A stretch of 64,000 nt of DNA from a virus: positions 1-64,000 of IMG/VR virus record IMGVR_UViG_3300042566_002057; one strand, given 5' to 3'. The stretch's first letter is position 1. The number at the start of each line of letters is the position of its first letter. This document shows, piece after piece, positions 1 through 8,070 of this stretch. A program made the translations under genes and the position numbers. The notes beneath the pieces were generated by a model. It searched no databases. It was not told the origin of the DNA and saw nothing but the letters and a program-made list of their open reading frames with translations.

Positions 1-378
1 AAACTAAGTTTTTTCTTTAATGACGTAGATTATATTGATCAAGAAGTAATACAAGAAGACATTGAGTTACTTGCTAGATTTGCAAAAAATGCTCCAAACT
101 CCATTGAGAACTTAAAAGGTCTTAAACTATCAGAGCAGATTTCACTTATCAAAAAGTTTTTCGAGAAATTTAAGGACGATCCAATTGTGGCTATTTCAAT
201 TTTAGAAAAACAAAAGGTTGATAAAGACATTGAATTAGATGAAACAACATCTTTACTTTTAGAATTATCAGTCAGAAAAGAAATTATTAATGATACTAAA
301 GGTAAAGTTTATAAAATATTTGGTGTCGAACCAAATACTGAAAATTCTAAAGATGATGATATATCTTGGCTTTTTTAG
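1..378 (+). CDS. hypothetical protein, 5'-truncated by window edge
   Basis: Frame 1 is open from base 1 to TAG at 376-378 and is in frame with the 187..378 ORF. Confidence 0.7.
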   Translation, partial: KLSFFFNDVDYIDQEVIQEDIELLARFAKNAPNSIENLKGLKLSEQISLIKKFFEKFKDDPIVAISILEKQKVDKDIELDETTSLLLELSVRKEIINDTKGKVYKIFGVEPNTENSKDDDISWLF

Positions 379-426
379 TAATAAACTTTTAGATTTTTAA
401 TTAATATAAAAAAGAAAAATAATTTT

Positions 427-750
427 ATGGTAGCATATATAACAGAATTAAACAGTGAGAACTGGGAGACATTCAAAAATGGCGAGTTAGTACTTATTGA
501 TGTTTGGGCTCCTTGGTGTGGACCTTGTAAAATGGTTTCTCCAATTATTGACGAGATATCTAATAAATTTCACGGTCAATTATCTGTTGGTAAATTAGAA
601 GCTGATGGTAATAGAGATATCGTAGGTGAATTATCTGTTAGAAACATCCCTACTATTCTTATCTTCAAAAATGGAGTTGAAGTTGAAAGAAAAGTTGGAG
701 TTACTAAACTAGAAGAATTATCTGAACTTATCGAACAACACCTTTCTTAA
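427..750 (+). CDS. trxA: thioredoxin
   Basis: WAPWCGPC active site, 107 aa, cis-Pro motif IPT. Confidence 0.95.
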   Translation: MVAYITELNSENWETFKNGELVLIDVWAPWCGPCKMVSPIIDEISNKFHGQLSVGKLEADGNRDIVGELSVRNIPTILIFKNGVEVERKVGVTKLEELSELIEQHLS

Positions 751-1319
751 TGAAAACATTAAACGATTTGTTTGATTTAATCAAACAATCAGATGTAACC
801 TTAATTGGTTATACCTTTCAGAATGAAAGAATGAAAGACGAGTTAATTTCCAATTTCAATTATATTGAGGTTGGTCAAATTGATTCGTCTTTTTCTTTTC
901 GTTCTTTTTTAAGAGACCTTAAACTTAAATCAATTTTAGAAAATGATTCTGTAAAGTACCCAGATTATATTCTTTTAGATACAAATAATATACCTTTTAA
1001 GAATAATGATGCGTTATACGGAAGACAAAAATTCTTAAAAACCCTTGTTGAAGATTTAAGAAGTCAACTCTATACAGATTGTTCCGGATTTCCAGGGAAA
1101 CCTCAATTTAAAATTATATTAACTACATCTTTATATAGAAGTGGTGTAAACTCTGAAGGTAATGACATAAAAAACTTTAGTGGAGGAAGTTCCACATTAT
1201 ATGTTTCCGATTTAGTATTTACAATATCAGATAACAAAATTAAAGTCATTAAAAATAGATTTGGAATGGATGGTGATGAAATACTTTATAATACCGAACA
1301 ACAAATTGTAGAAATTTGA
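750..1319 (+). CDS. hypothetical protein, possibly a degenerate DnaB/RecA-like C-terminal fold
   Basis: C-terminal KVIKNRFG resembles the DnaB KNR-G motif; no Walker A seen. Confidence 0.5.
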   Translation: MKTLNDLFDLIKQSDVTLIGYTFQNERMKDELISNFNYIEVGQIDSSFSFRSFLRDLKLKSILENDSVKYPDYILLDTNNIPFKNNDALYGRQKFLKTLVEDLRSQLYTDCSGFPGKPQFKIILTTSLYRSGVNSEGNDIKNFSGGSSTLYVSDLVFTISDNKIKVIKNRFGMDGDEILYNTEQQIVEI

Positions 1320-1332
1320 TTATATTTGTAGT

Positions 1333-1767
1333 ATGAGTATTGTAACAAATAAAAAAGCCTACTTTGAGTATTTCGTATTAGAAGAATATGAAGCTGGAAT
1401 TGTTTTGCTTGGTTCTGAGGTTAAATCAATCCGTCAGTCGAATGTAACACTAACAGATTCTTTTATTTATCTTAAAAATGGTGAAGTATGGATTAAGAGT
1501 TTAAGAGTGGCTAGATATAAACAAACTCATATGGCTGAACCTCATGATGAAAATCGTGACAAGAAACTTTTATTAACTAAAAAAGAAATTGCTCGTATTA
1601 GTAGACTTTTAGATGATAAAGGTACAACTTGTGTACCTCTTACAATTTTTGCAAAAAATAATAAAGTAAAAGTAAAAATTGGTGTAGTTAAAGGAAAAAA
1701 ATTATGGGATAAACGTCAAACAATAAAAGAAAGAGACCAGAAAAGAGAAATGCAAAAAGGTTATTAA
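1333..1767 (+). CDS. smpB: SsrA-binding protein SmpB
   Basis: NKKAYFEY, EAGIVLLGSEVKSIR, KKLLL and GKKLWDKR motifs. Confidence 0.97.
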   Translation: MSIVTNKKAYFEYFVLEEYEAGIVLLGSEVKSIRQSNVTLTDSFIYLKNGEVWIKSLRVARYKQTHMAEPHDENRDKKLLLTKKEIARISRLLDDKGTTCVPLTIFAKNNKVKVKIGVVKGKKLWDKRQTIKERDQKREMQKGY

Positions 1768-3314
1768 CGTAAGATAGTATCGATGTATCTTTCCATAAGA
1801 TTTACGGTTTTCATATCTTTATCTAAATTTTGTTCTTTAGATGCGTATTCTGCTCCTCTATTAACATCACCATCATTATAATAGAAATTTTTGATGATTA
1901 TTTCTACACCTCCTGAAAAATAACCACTCTGTTCGTTTACAAAATTTCTAATACTTTCCAATTTATATCTAATAAATAGTAGATCATCTAATGTTTCAAT
2001 TTTAGAATCTGTTAAATACTTCTGAATTTTCTGACTTAAAAGTACCATTTTACCAATCAGTTCATTTGTTTTCTCATCACCAGAACCTTTAACTCTTTCT
2101 ATTGAACCTTTATATCTATCATTAAATTTCACAGATTCTTCCTTTTTATCTTTAAATCTTCTACTAAGTTCTTCTAAGTAATGTGGTTTTTCTTCATCCG
2201 AAGAATTAATTAAATTTTTAATATTTCTAGATATTCTGTCAATAGTAGTTGGTATTGAAGGATTATCAGATATAAGAGCAAATAATATCATGTCTCCACA
2301 AGAAACAGATTTTATCATATTCTGAAGATTTCTTAATTCACTTTCGGTTGTTTTTATCGTAAGGCCATATAATTCAACTATCTTTGACAAATATCTTTGA
2401 TAGTTTAGTTTTTTTATTTCACTATCAGACATAAGAGCGGTTGCTCCTTTTTTCTCTTCAGATCTTAATTTTTTAATACCAGATACACTTTCATCACCTA
2501 TCAACTCGTCTATGTAAAGAACTATTGCAAAATCAACATCCTCTAAATTTGCTCTTTTAATAGAATAAGCATCTCTTCTTGTAGTCAAATTTCCATCTCT
2601 ATCTATAGCAAGTTCTTTATCCGATCCAACAATTTCCAAATCTTCTGATCCTCTTCTATAGATATGTAATTTTGAGTGGTCATCAGCGGGGTGATCAATT
2701 CGACCCAAATTCCAAGATCTTCTACCATATTGCCTCCAGTCACCATCTGGTGTTCCACCATCAGCTACATCTTGTATTCCAAAAAGTTTTTCTCCTTCAA
2801 TAAAAATTGTACCTAAAGCTAGATAACTCAGATGTTCATAGTCACTGAAATAACAAACTATCTCGTCACCTGTTTTTAGAACTGAATAATTAGTGACTGG
2901 TATTAATTTACCAGTTTTTAAACCTAAATTATCTTTAATATAGTTCATTTCTGTATCTGTAAACTCACCTGATGTATCTGAAATATCTTCTGATTTTCCA
3001 ACACCAGTAAATCCTAAATAACCTTTATCAATAGAAAACCAAAATTTAAGAGCATAAACACCTCGTGGGTTTGAGATATCATAATTTTCAGGGACTTGAA
3101 TCTCAAAAGCTTTTTTCGCAGACATATATCTAACTTGTCCATCAGATATTTTATCGATTGGAAAGTCATAAGATTCCATTAAGATATTTCTTAAGTGATT
3201 TAAAAACTTTTCCTTTTCACTTTTTGAGACCTTATCACCAATATAACTCAATACAGATCTAATTGCAGAAGATTCAAATGCTTCAAATAGCTTAAGATAT
3301 TTAAATTGTTTCAT
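1764..3314 (-). CDS. hypothetical protein, probable virion protein (N-terminal KYLKLFEAF motif)
   Basis: 516 aa ORF with the shared N-terminal motif and an upstream AATATATA. Confidence 0.75.
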   Translation of the reverse strand: MKQFKYLKLFEAFESSAIRSVLSYIGDKVSKSEKEKFLNHLRNILMESYDFPIDKISDGQVRYMSAKKAFEIQVPENYDISNPRGVYALKFWFSIDKGYLGFTGVGKSEDISDTSGEFTDTEMNYIKDNLGLKTGKLIPVTNYSVLKTGDEIVCYFSDYEHLSYLALGTIFIEGEKLFGIQDVADGGTPDGDWRQYGRRSWNLGRIDHPADDHSKLHIYRRGSEDLEIVGSDKELAIDRDGNLTTRRDAYSIKRANLEDVDFAIVLYIDELIGDESVSGIKKLRSEEKKGATALMSDSEIKKLNYQRYLSKIVELYGLTIKTTESELRNLQNMIKSVSCGDMILFALISDNPSIPTTIDRISRNIKNLINSSDEEKPHYLEELSRRFKDKKEESVKFNDRYKGSIERVKGSGDEKTNELIGKMVLLSQKIQKYLTDSKIETLDDLLFIRYKLESIRNFVNEQSGYFSGGVEIIIKNFYYNDGDVNRGAEYASKEQNLDKDMKTVNLMERYIDTILR

Positions 3315-3803
3315 CTTTTTATATATTAATTTTTTGGTGTTTAAAACTTATTTTCTATCTTTGTATACAATTAAAGAGACATCAAACAATAGTTTCTATT
3401 TTAACAGCTATGAAACAAGTATTTATACTTCAAGTGCTGAATATTTTTTTGTGAGTTTGATGTAATTATGGTAGTAAGTAGCTGGTAAATAAATTTGCAT
3501 TCTTATTAAAAAACAGTGAACTACCTCGTATTATAAATATAAAGATATAATAACTAAAGAATGCGGGTGTTGAAATTGTTGGTGATAAACATCTTAAACT
3601 AATTAAACTAAGAAACCCAACGAAAGAAGATTTAATCGAGTAGAATGGTAACACTACTCAAAGAAGGGTGATGAGCCCATTAAAAGGTAATCCTAAGTGA
3701 TGAGGTCACTAAAAGTCAAGATACTAAAGGTTCTAGGGTTCCGACCATACTTGACAGACGTTCCAAAATCTTCTTTTTTTAAGAAAGTTAAATAAAAAAT
3801 AAA

Positions 3804-4238
3804 ATGATAAAAGAACAAATTAATGCAGATTACATGACGGCATTCAAAGCAAAGAATACTGTTGCAAAAAACTTACTTTCTGTTGTGAAAGGTGAGATTC
3901 AAACCATTGAGAAAAATACTGGTGTTGAAAATATGTCTGATGAAGATGTTCTTAAAATTCTTCAAAAGTCTGCTAAGTCTTTACGAGAAACTATTTCATC
4001 TTTAGAAAAAGCACAAACAGGAATGTATTTTTCAAATGATTTAGTTTCAGCAAAAGAAGAATTGAGTATTATCGAATCTTATCTTCCAAAACAAATGTCT
4101 AAAGAAGAAATAACTGAAAAAGTAACTGAGTTGGTAAATTCTGGAGTTACTCAGATGGGAGCAATTATGAAAGAATTCTCAACTCTTCCGGTTGATAAGA
4201 AAATGGTTTCTGAAATTGTAAAAGAATTAGTAAAATAA
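3804..4238 (+). CDS. GatB/YqeY domain protein
   Basis: IKEQINADYMTAFKAK, EELSIIESYLPKQMS and MGAIMK match the YqeY pattern. Confidence 0.9.
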   Translation: MIKEQINADYMTAFKAKNTVAKNLLSVVKGEIQTIEKNTGVENMSDEDVLKILQKSAKSLRETISSLEKAQTGMYFSNDLVSAKEELSIIESYLPKQMSKEEITEKVTELVNSGVTQMGAIMKEFSTLPVDKKMVSEIVKELVK

Positions 4239-4274
4239 TTTGTGAAAATAAATTAATTTCTCTATATTTGAATT

Positions 4275-4499
4275 ATGAAAAAATTAATATTTGTTTTAGT
4301 TGTTTTGGTTTCTCTAACTTCTTGTAATGGTAGAAGATTTAATTTAAGAGTTTGTAGTGGTGATGGCATCGCTTATACAGAAACTTGGATTGAGTGTGAT
4401 TCTTTCCAGATGGTTTCCAGAGACGAAGCAGTTATCTGGGTAGATGGTCAACAGATGAGAATTTTTGGAGACCGAGGAATTAAACCTGAAACAAATTAA
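4275..4499 (+). CDS. small lipoprotein
   Basis: MKK + hydrophobic stretch + LTSC lipobox; TATATTTG promoter element just upstream. Confidence 0.75.
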   Translation: MKKLIFVLVVLVSLTSCNGRRFNLRVCSGDGIAYTETWIECDSFQMVSRDEAVIWVDGQQMRIFGDRGIKPETN

Positions 4500-4527
4500 A
4501 CCAGTCTTTTGGTTGTTATATGATAAT

Positions 4528-4555
4528 AAAAAACCCACTATTAAGTGGGTTTTTT
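4528..4555. terminator. bidirectional intrinsic terminator
   Basis: AAAAAACCCACT-ATTA-AGTGGGTTTTTT between convergent genes. Confidence 0.8.
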
Positions 4556-5479
4556 AATAAGTTTATTGGTTGAAAATTCCCCAGTCGAATATTTTGGTTC
4601 CTTTGACATCTGCTGAATAGATTTTTTCTTTAGTTCATCATCTTTCTTTATAGATCCAATACAATCTATATCTACAACACATATCTCAAGAGAGCTTTGT
4701 TTATATTTTTTTCCTATAACTTCCCAACTATCCGGTTTATATTTAACATTTCCTTGATCATCAAGTTCTGGTTCTAATTTGTCTTCACCATATGGTCTTT
4801 CACTATATACACCAGAAAGACCCAAACTTTTAACCAAGTTCATTGAATCTTGATCCATTTCGGATATCATTTTGAAATCAAAATAGTCTGCTCTCAAAAA
4901 CTTACTTCCTGGTTTGATATTTATAGAATAAACAAATATACTATCAATATCTTCGGAAGCCCTTGCCATATAGTGTATAGTGTCCCAATCCGTTTTTTCG
5001 TCTTCGTCATAAGTACTCAGATAAAATCCCCATTTATTCTTGATATTTGCATCACCTTTTGATTTATCTTCTAAAGTTTCTGCTCTATCAGAAGACATTG
5101 GATTCATTGAGTTTTTTATAGAACCTGTGTTAAGATTAGGATTTAAAGAAACATGAGTAAAAAAACTAACATTGTTTTCTTTGATTATATCTTCAATAGA
5201 AATCCACATTTTTGACCAATGTTCTTTAAGATAAAAAGATTTTTTTTCTATCCACAGTTTATTTCTCTCTTCATCTGTTTTGTTATCAATATCTTTAATT
5301 TTAAGAAAGTTTTCTCTAGCAACATCATCTATCGTATAATTTTTAAAAAAATCTACGAATTTATCATTTTCACTCAGAATTCCTTTCCAAGGTAGTTGAT
5401 TTTTTACATCTAATGGATATTGATTAAATATATTATTTCCATCAATAGAAAAACTTTCAAATGTCTTAATATAAATCAT
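4541..5479 (-). CDS. hypothetical protein (N-terminal YIKTFESF motif)
   Basis: 312 aa ORF with the shared N-terminal motif and upstream AATATATA. Confidence 0.75.
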   Translation of the reverse strand: MIYIKTFESFSIDGNNIFNQYPLDVKNQLPWKGILSENDKFVDFFKNYTIDDVARENFLKIKDIDNKTDEERNKLWIEKKSFYLKEHWSKMWISIEDIIKENNVSFFTHVSLNPNLNTGSIKNSMNPMSSDRAETLEDKSKGDANIKNKWGFYLSTYDEDEKTDWDTIHYMARASEDIDSIFVYSINIKPGSKFLRADYFDFKMISEMDQDSMNLVKSLGLSGVYSERPYGEDKLEPELDDQGNVKYKPDSWEVIGKKYKQSSLEICVVDIDCIGSIKKDDELKKKSIQQMSKEPKYSTGEFSTNKLIKKPT

Positions 5480-5580
5480 ATCTTTTTTATTTTTTAGTAT
5501 ATATTAAATAAAAAATCCGTATCTTTGTATCACTGAATTGGTAACCAATCCAACTGGGGTCGAGCTGTAACTGGTTTTTT

Positions 5581-6015
5581 TTATTTAATATCTCCTCTTT
5601 TTCTTAGAGTGTATAAAATCTGTTTTACTGTTTCTTCACTTAAATCTAATTCAATTGATAGTTGACTTACATCAGTTAGCCCTTCTTCATAAAGTTCTTT
5701 TACCATTTCCATATCATCTAATGTGAAGTCCTCAAATGTATAACCTTCTTTGATAAACTGATTAAAAGTTAAAACTTTCTCTTCAATTTTTTCTGGAAGT
5801 TTATCGTGTTTTGTTTTAGCAAAATCTCTTAATTTATTGATGGCTCTTTTTTTAGCCTTTTCTTTTGCAGTTTTACTTTTAGAACCTTCTGTTTCATTTT
5901 TGATAAATGATTTCGCAACATCTTTTGCTGCTTTTGGAACGTCTTTATTTTCACCAGTAGCGAAAGCATAAGCGGCTCCCATAAGTCTTTGTTGTGTTTT
6001 AGAACGCGATGGCAT
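5581..6015 (-). CDS. DUF3008-like protein with C-terminal HTH-like segment
   Basis: MPSRSKTQQRLMGAA...DFAKTKHDKLPEK resembles DUF3008; C-terminal LSIELDLSEETVKQIL is HTH-like. Confidence 0.6.
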   Translation of the reverse strand: MPSRSKTQQRLMGAAYAFATGENKDVPKAAKDVAKSFIKNETEGSKSKTAKEKAKKRAINKLRDFAKTKHDKLPEKIEEKVLTFNQFIKEGYTFEDFTLDDMEMVKELYEEGLTDVSQLSIELDLSEETVKQILYTLRKRGDIK

Positions 6016-6059
6016 AAGAAACTATATTTTTTACTATATATAGAAAAATTAAAATAGAT

Positions 6060-6272
6060 ATGAGTCAGTTAAGAAACAATGGTATCTACTCTAAAAACGA
6101 GTATGTTGGGAAAACTTTAGAAGAAGCTAGTAAATATGCTGAACAAGGTGGATTCATAATACGAATAGTAGAAAAAGAAGGTATACCACTTATGCTTACA
6201 CACGATGTAAAAGAAAATAGATTAAACTTTAGAACAAAAGGTAATAAAGTTGTTGATGTCTTTGGTGGATAG
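6060..6272 (+). CDS. potato-inhibitor-fold (I13/I78-like) peptidase inhibitor
   Basis: VGKTLEEA...LTHDVKENRLNF...VVDVFGG pattern (TxD...RL...V..V..G). Confidence 0.6.
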   Translation: MSQLRNNGIYSKNEYVGKTLEEASKYAEQGGFIIRIVEKEGIPLMLTHDVKENRLNFRTKGNKVVDVFGG

Positions 6273-6331
6273 AAAATAAATACTTATATTTATATGCCTG
6301 GTTTGGATATTTAAATTGAAAAATATTGAAA

Positions 6332-6384
6332 TAAATTTGGTAGAATTAAAACTTTTATCTAATTTTGTATAAAATAATGACAAA
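6332..6384 (+). promoter_or_regulatory. Bacteroidota-type promoter; 53-nt block repeated identically at 19826-19878
   Basis: TTTG 6336-6339, 20-nt spacer, TAATTTTG 6360-6367; AATATATA follows at 6401. Confidence 0.8.
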
Positions 6385-6415
6385 GGAAGAATAACTTTTT
6401 AATATATAAGAAATA

Positions 6416-6517
6416 ATGACAACAAATCGCACACATAAACATTTTAGTAAATCGAGCAAGTGGTTTAGCACCCAGTTCGGTACTGAAAAAGTATTGCGTG
6501 ATTTGACTACACTATAA
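6416..6517 (+). CDS. attenuator leader peptide 1, MTTNRTHKHFSKSSKWFSTQFGTEKVLRDLTTL (Phe/His/Trp, also Lys/Ser)
   Basis: 33-codon ORF before a terminator and the Phe/His/Phe/Trp tRNAs; AGTTCGG 6474-6480 is complementary to the terminator 5' arm. Confidence 0.85.
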   Translation: MTTNRTHKHFSKSSKWFSTQFGTEKVLRDLTTL

Positions 6518-6542
6518 GTAGTAAAATTAAATACAATATTTA

Positions 6543-6578
6543 AGGTCCGAACTCAAAAAGTTCGGACTTTTTTGTTTT
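6543..6578 (+). terminator. attenuator terminator 1
   Basis: AGGTCCGAACT-CAAAA-AGTTCGGACTT plus T-tract, directly upstream of tRNA-Phe. Confidence 0.9.
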
Positions 6579-6588
6579 ATAATAAATT

Positions 6589-6661
6589 GGAACGGTGGCA
6601 GATCAGGTGATTGCGCTGGACTGAAAATCCAGAGGAATGGGTTCGATACCCATCCGTTCCA
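6589..6661 (+). tRNA. tRNA-Phe(GAA)
   Basis: GGAACGG/CCGTTCC acceptor; CTGGA-CTGAAAA-TCCAG anticodon arm; TTCGA T-loop. Confidence 0.9.
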
Positions 6662-6738
6662 CGGAGTCCTGAAATAACAGGAAACCCCCACTCCCATATG
6701 GCAGCCAGTCCATTAACCTGGTGAAGTGGGGTTTATAT

Positions 6739-6812
6739 GGTGAATGTAGCTCAATCGGTAGAGCACTGGTTTGTGAAGCCAGAGGTAGCGGGATCGTAAC
6801 CCGTCGTTCACC
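6739..6812 (+). tRNA. tRNA-His(GTG)
   Basis: G-1 and C73; CTGGT-TTGTGAA-GCCAG; atypical T-loop ATCGTAA. Confidence 0.9.
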
Positions 6813-6817
6813 CAAAA

Positions 6818-6889
6818 GGAGACTTAGCTAAGTAGGTTTAGCGTCCGGTTGAAGCCCGGAAGAGGTCGGTTCGATTCCGTCAGTCTCCA
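6818..6889 (+). tRNA. tRNA-Phe(GAA)
   Basis: TCCGG-TTGAAGC-CCGGA; GGAGACT/AGTCTCC acceptor. Confidence 0.85.
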
Positions 6890-6896
6890 CTAAAAA

Positions 6897-6969
6897 GCGT
6901 CATTTGTGTAATGGCTTAGCATCTTCGGTTCCAACCCGAAGGGTCAGGGTTCGAGTCCTTGGTGACGCG
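6897..6969 (+). tRNA. tRNA-Trp(CCA)
   Basis: TTCGG-TTCCAAC-CCGAA; G73. Confidence 0.9.
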
Positions 6970-7063
6970 CAATTACAAGTATGTAATCCAATTTAACTCC
7001 GAATGAGTTAATTGAATGATGTAAGAAGATTTTAGAGTTTAATAATTATAAAATAGAAAAAAA

Positions 7064-7099
7064 ATGAAAAAGAAAATGGAAACTAAACGAAAACGTTAA
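7064..7099 (+). CDS. putative Lys leader peptide MKKKMETKRKR
   Basis: 11 codons with 5 Lys, followed directly by a hairpin (7100-7129) and three Lys tRNAs. Confidence 0.65.
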   Translation: MKKKMETKRKR

Positions 7100-7143
7100 G
7101 TGATGGCTTACTAAGTTATAAGTCATCACATCGGAAAAATTAT

Positions 7144-7216
7144 GACTTCGTAGCTTAGTAGGTAGAGCACCTGGCTTTTAACCAGGGGGTCGCGAGTTCG
7201 ATTCTCGCCGGGGTCA
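7144..7216 (+). tRNA. tRNA-Lys(TTT)
   Basis: CCTGG-CTTTTAA-CCAGG. Confidence 0.92.
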
Positions 7217-7227
7217 CAAGGTAATAA

Positions 7228-7315
7228 GCACCTATGGCTCAATTGGTAGAGCATCGCACTTTTAATGCGAGGGGTAGACGTAAGTCCGTTGAAGGTTCGA
7301 GTCCTTCTGGGTGCA
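7228..7315 (+). tRNA. tRNA-Lys(TTT) with long variable arm
   Basis: TCGCA-CTTTTAA-TGCGA; extended variable region containing GAC-GTAA-GTC. Confidence 0.85.
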
Positions 7316-7321
7316 CTAAAT

Positions 7322-7396
7322 GACTTCGTATCCGTAATTGGTTTCCGGACCTGACTCTTAATCAGGGATATGTGGGTTCGAGTCCCACCGGAGTCA
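7322..7396 (+). tRNA. tRNA-Lys(CTT)
   Basis: CCTGA-CTCTTAA-TCAGG. Confidence 0.88.
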
Positions 7397-7407
7397 CAAA
7401 TATAAAT

Positions 7408-7534
7408 GGGGATGTAGCTCAGTGGTAGAGAAAACTATCTCTTTTGAAATTTTACCTCGTGAGAGTGTTGATTGAAAGAGTTACTTCGTATATTTGAAAT
7501 TATAAGGTCGTGGGTTCGAATCCCACCATCCCCA
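7408..7534 (+). tRNA. tRNA of uncertain identity with a ~56-nt structured insertion after the D-arm
   Basis: Canonical GGGGATG/CATCCCC acceptor, D-arm and T-arm; insertion at about 7431-7487; irregular anticodon arm around TTGAAA. Confidence 0.65.
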
Positions 7535-7575
7535 CAAAAAGAAAAAGAAAAAATTAATATATAAAAAATAAGATT

Positions 7576-7650
7576 ATGAAAACTATTATGTCAACATCGA
7601 AAAGTTCTAGTCGCTCGTCAAAGATGAGGGAGGTTCGATCGTATTCATAA
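7576..7650 (+). CDS. attenuator leader peptide 3, MKTIMSTSKSSSRSSKMREVRSYS (Ser/Arg)
   Basis: 9 Ser and 3 Arg in 24 codons; GAGGGAGGTTCGA 7626-7638 pairs with the terminator 5' arm. Confidence 0.88.
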   Translation: MKTIMSTSKSSSRSSKMREVRSYS

Positions 7651-7673
7651 TAGTCATAATAAGATATTGTGTT

Positions 7674-7709
7674 AACCCTCGAACCTAAAGTTTGAGGGTT
7701 TTTTGTTTT
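7674..7709 (+). terminator. attenuator terminator 3
   Basis: AACCCTCGAAC-CTAAA-GTTTGAGGGTT plus T-tract. Confidence 0.9.
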
Positions 7710-7713
7710 ATAT

Positions 7714-7787
7714 AGTTCCATAGTTTAATTGGATAAAACACCGGATTACGGCTCCGGAGATTGAGGGTTCGAGTCCTTCTGGAACTA
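7714..7787 (+). tRNA. tRNA-Arg(ACG)
   Basis: CCGGA-TTACGGC-TCCGG. Confidence 0.9.
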
Positions 7788-7793
7788 CAAATT

Positions 7794-7880
7794 GGAAAAG
7801 TAAGAGCAGTTGGTCTAAGCTCGGCGGTCTTGAAAACCGTAGGCCCTAGTGGTGTGTGAGTTCGAGTCTCACCTTTTCCG
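7794..7880 (+). tRNA. tRNA-Ser(TGA)
   Basis: GCGGT-CTTGAAA-ACCGT; long variable arm; G73. Confidence 0.88.
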
Positions 7881-7885
7881 CAAAA

Positions 7886-7969
7886 GGAGAATAAACTAAT
7901 CTGGTGATTAGGACCGCCTGCTAAGCGAGTCGTACTTTATAGTATGGGGTTCAATTCCTCTGTTCTCCG
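7886..7969 (+). tRNA. tRNA-Ser(GCT)
   Basis: CTGCTAA loop; long variable arm; G73. Confidence 0.82.
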
Positions 7970-7975
7970 CTATTT

Positions 7976-8061
7976 GGAGAGTAAACTGATGAGGTCATCA
8001 GCCACGCCTGGAAAGCGTTGGGTGCGTTCAATCGTATGGGTTTCGAGTATTCTGCTCTCCG
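7976..8061 (+). tRNA. tRNA-Ser(GGA)
   Basis: CACGC-CTGGAAA-GCGTT; long variable arm; weak T-stem. Confidence 0.78.
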
Positions 8062-8070
8062 CAAAAATGA

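Noticed and set aside
3729-3745. GGTTCTAGGGTTCCG resembles the 5' hallmark of the ykkC/guanidine-I riboswitch
   Set aside because: The conserved 3' part (ACGG...GGGA.AAAAGCCCGGG) is missing and the downstream gene does not fit.
5535-5582. Possible tmRNA start (GGGGTCGAG) after a promoter, given smpB
   Set aside because: Only about 45 nt is available; no tag ORF, T-arm or CCA end.
6416-6578. T-box riboswitch explanation for the tRNA leaders
   Set aside because: No T-box consensus (AAGGTGGTACC-like) or stem I; intact codon-matched ORFs explain the structure better.
6603-6815. Minus-strand ORFs over tRNA clusters (also 14264, 14581, 20273, 20553, 20963, 35658, 35686, 43403, 43642, 43929)
   Set aside because: They are antisense shadows of tRNA or ncRNA genes.
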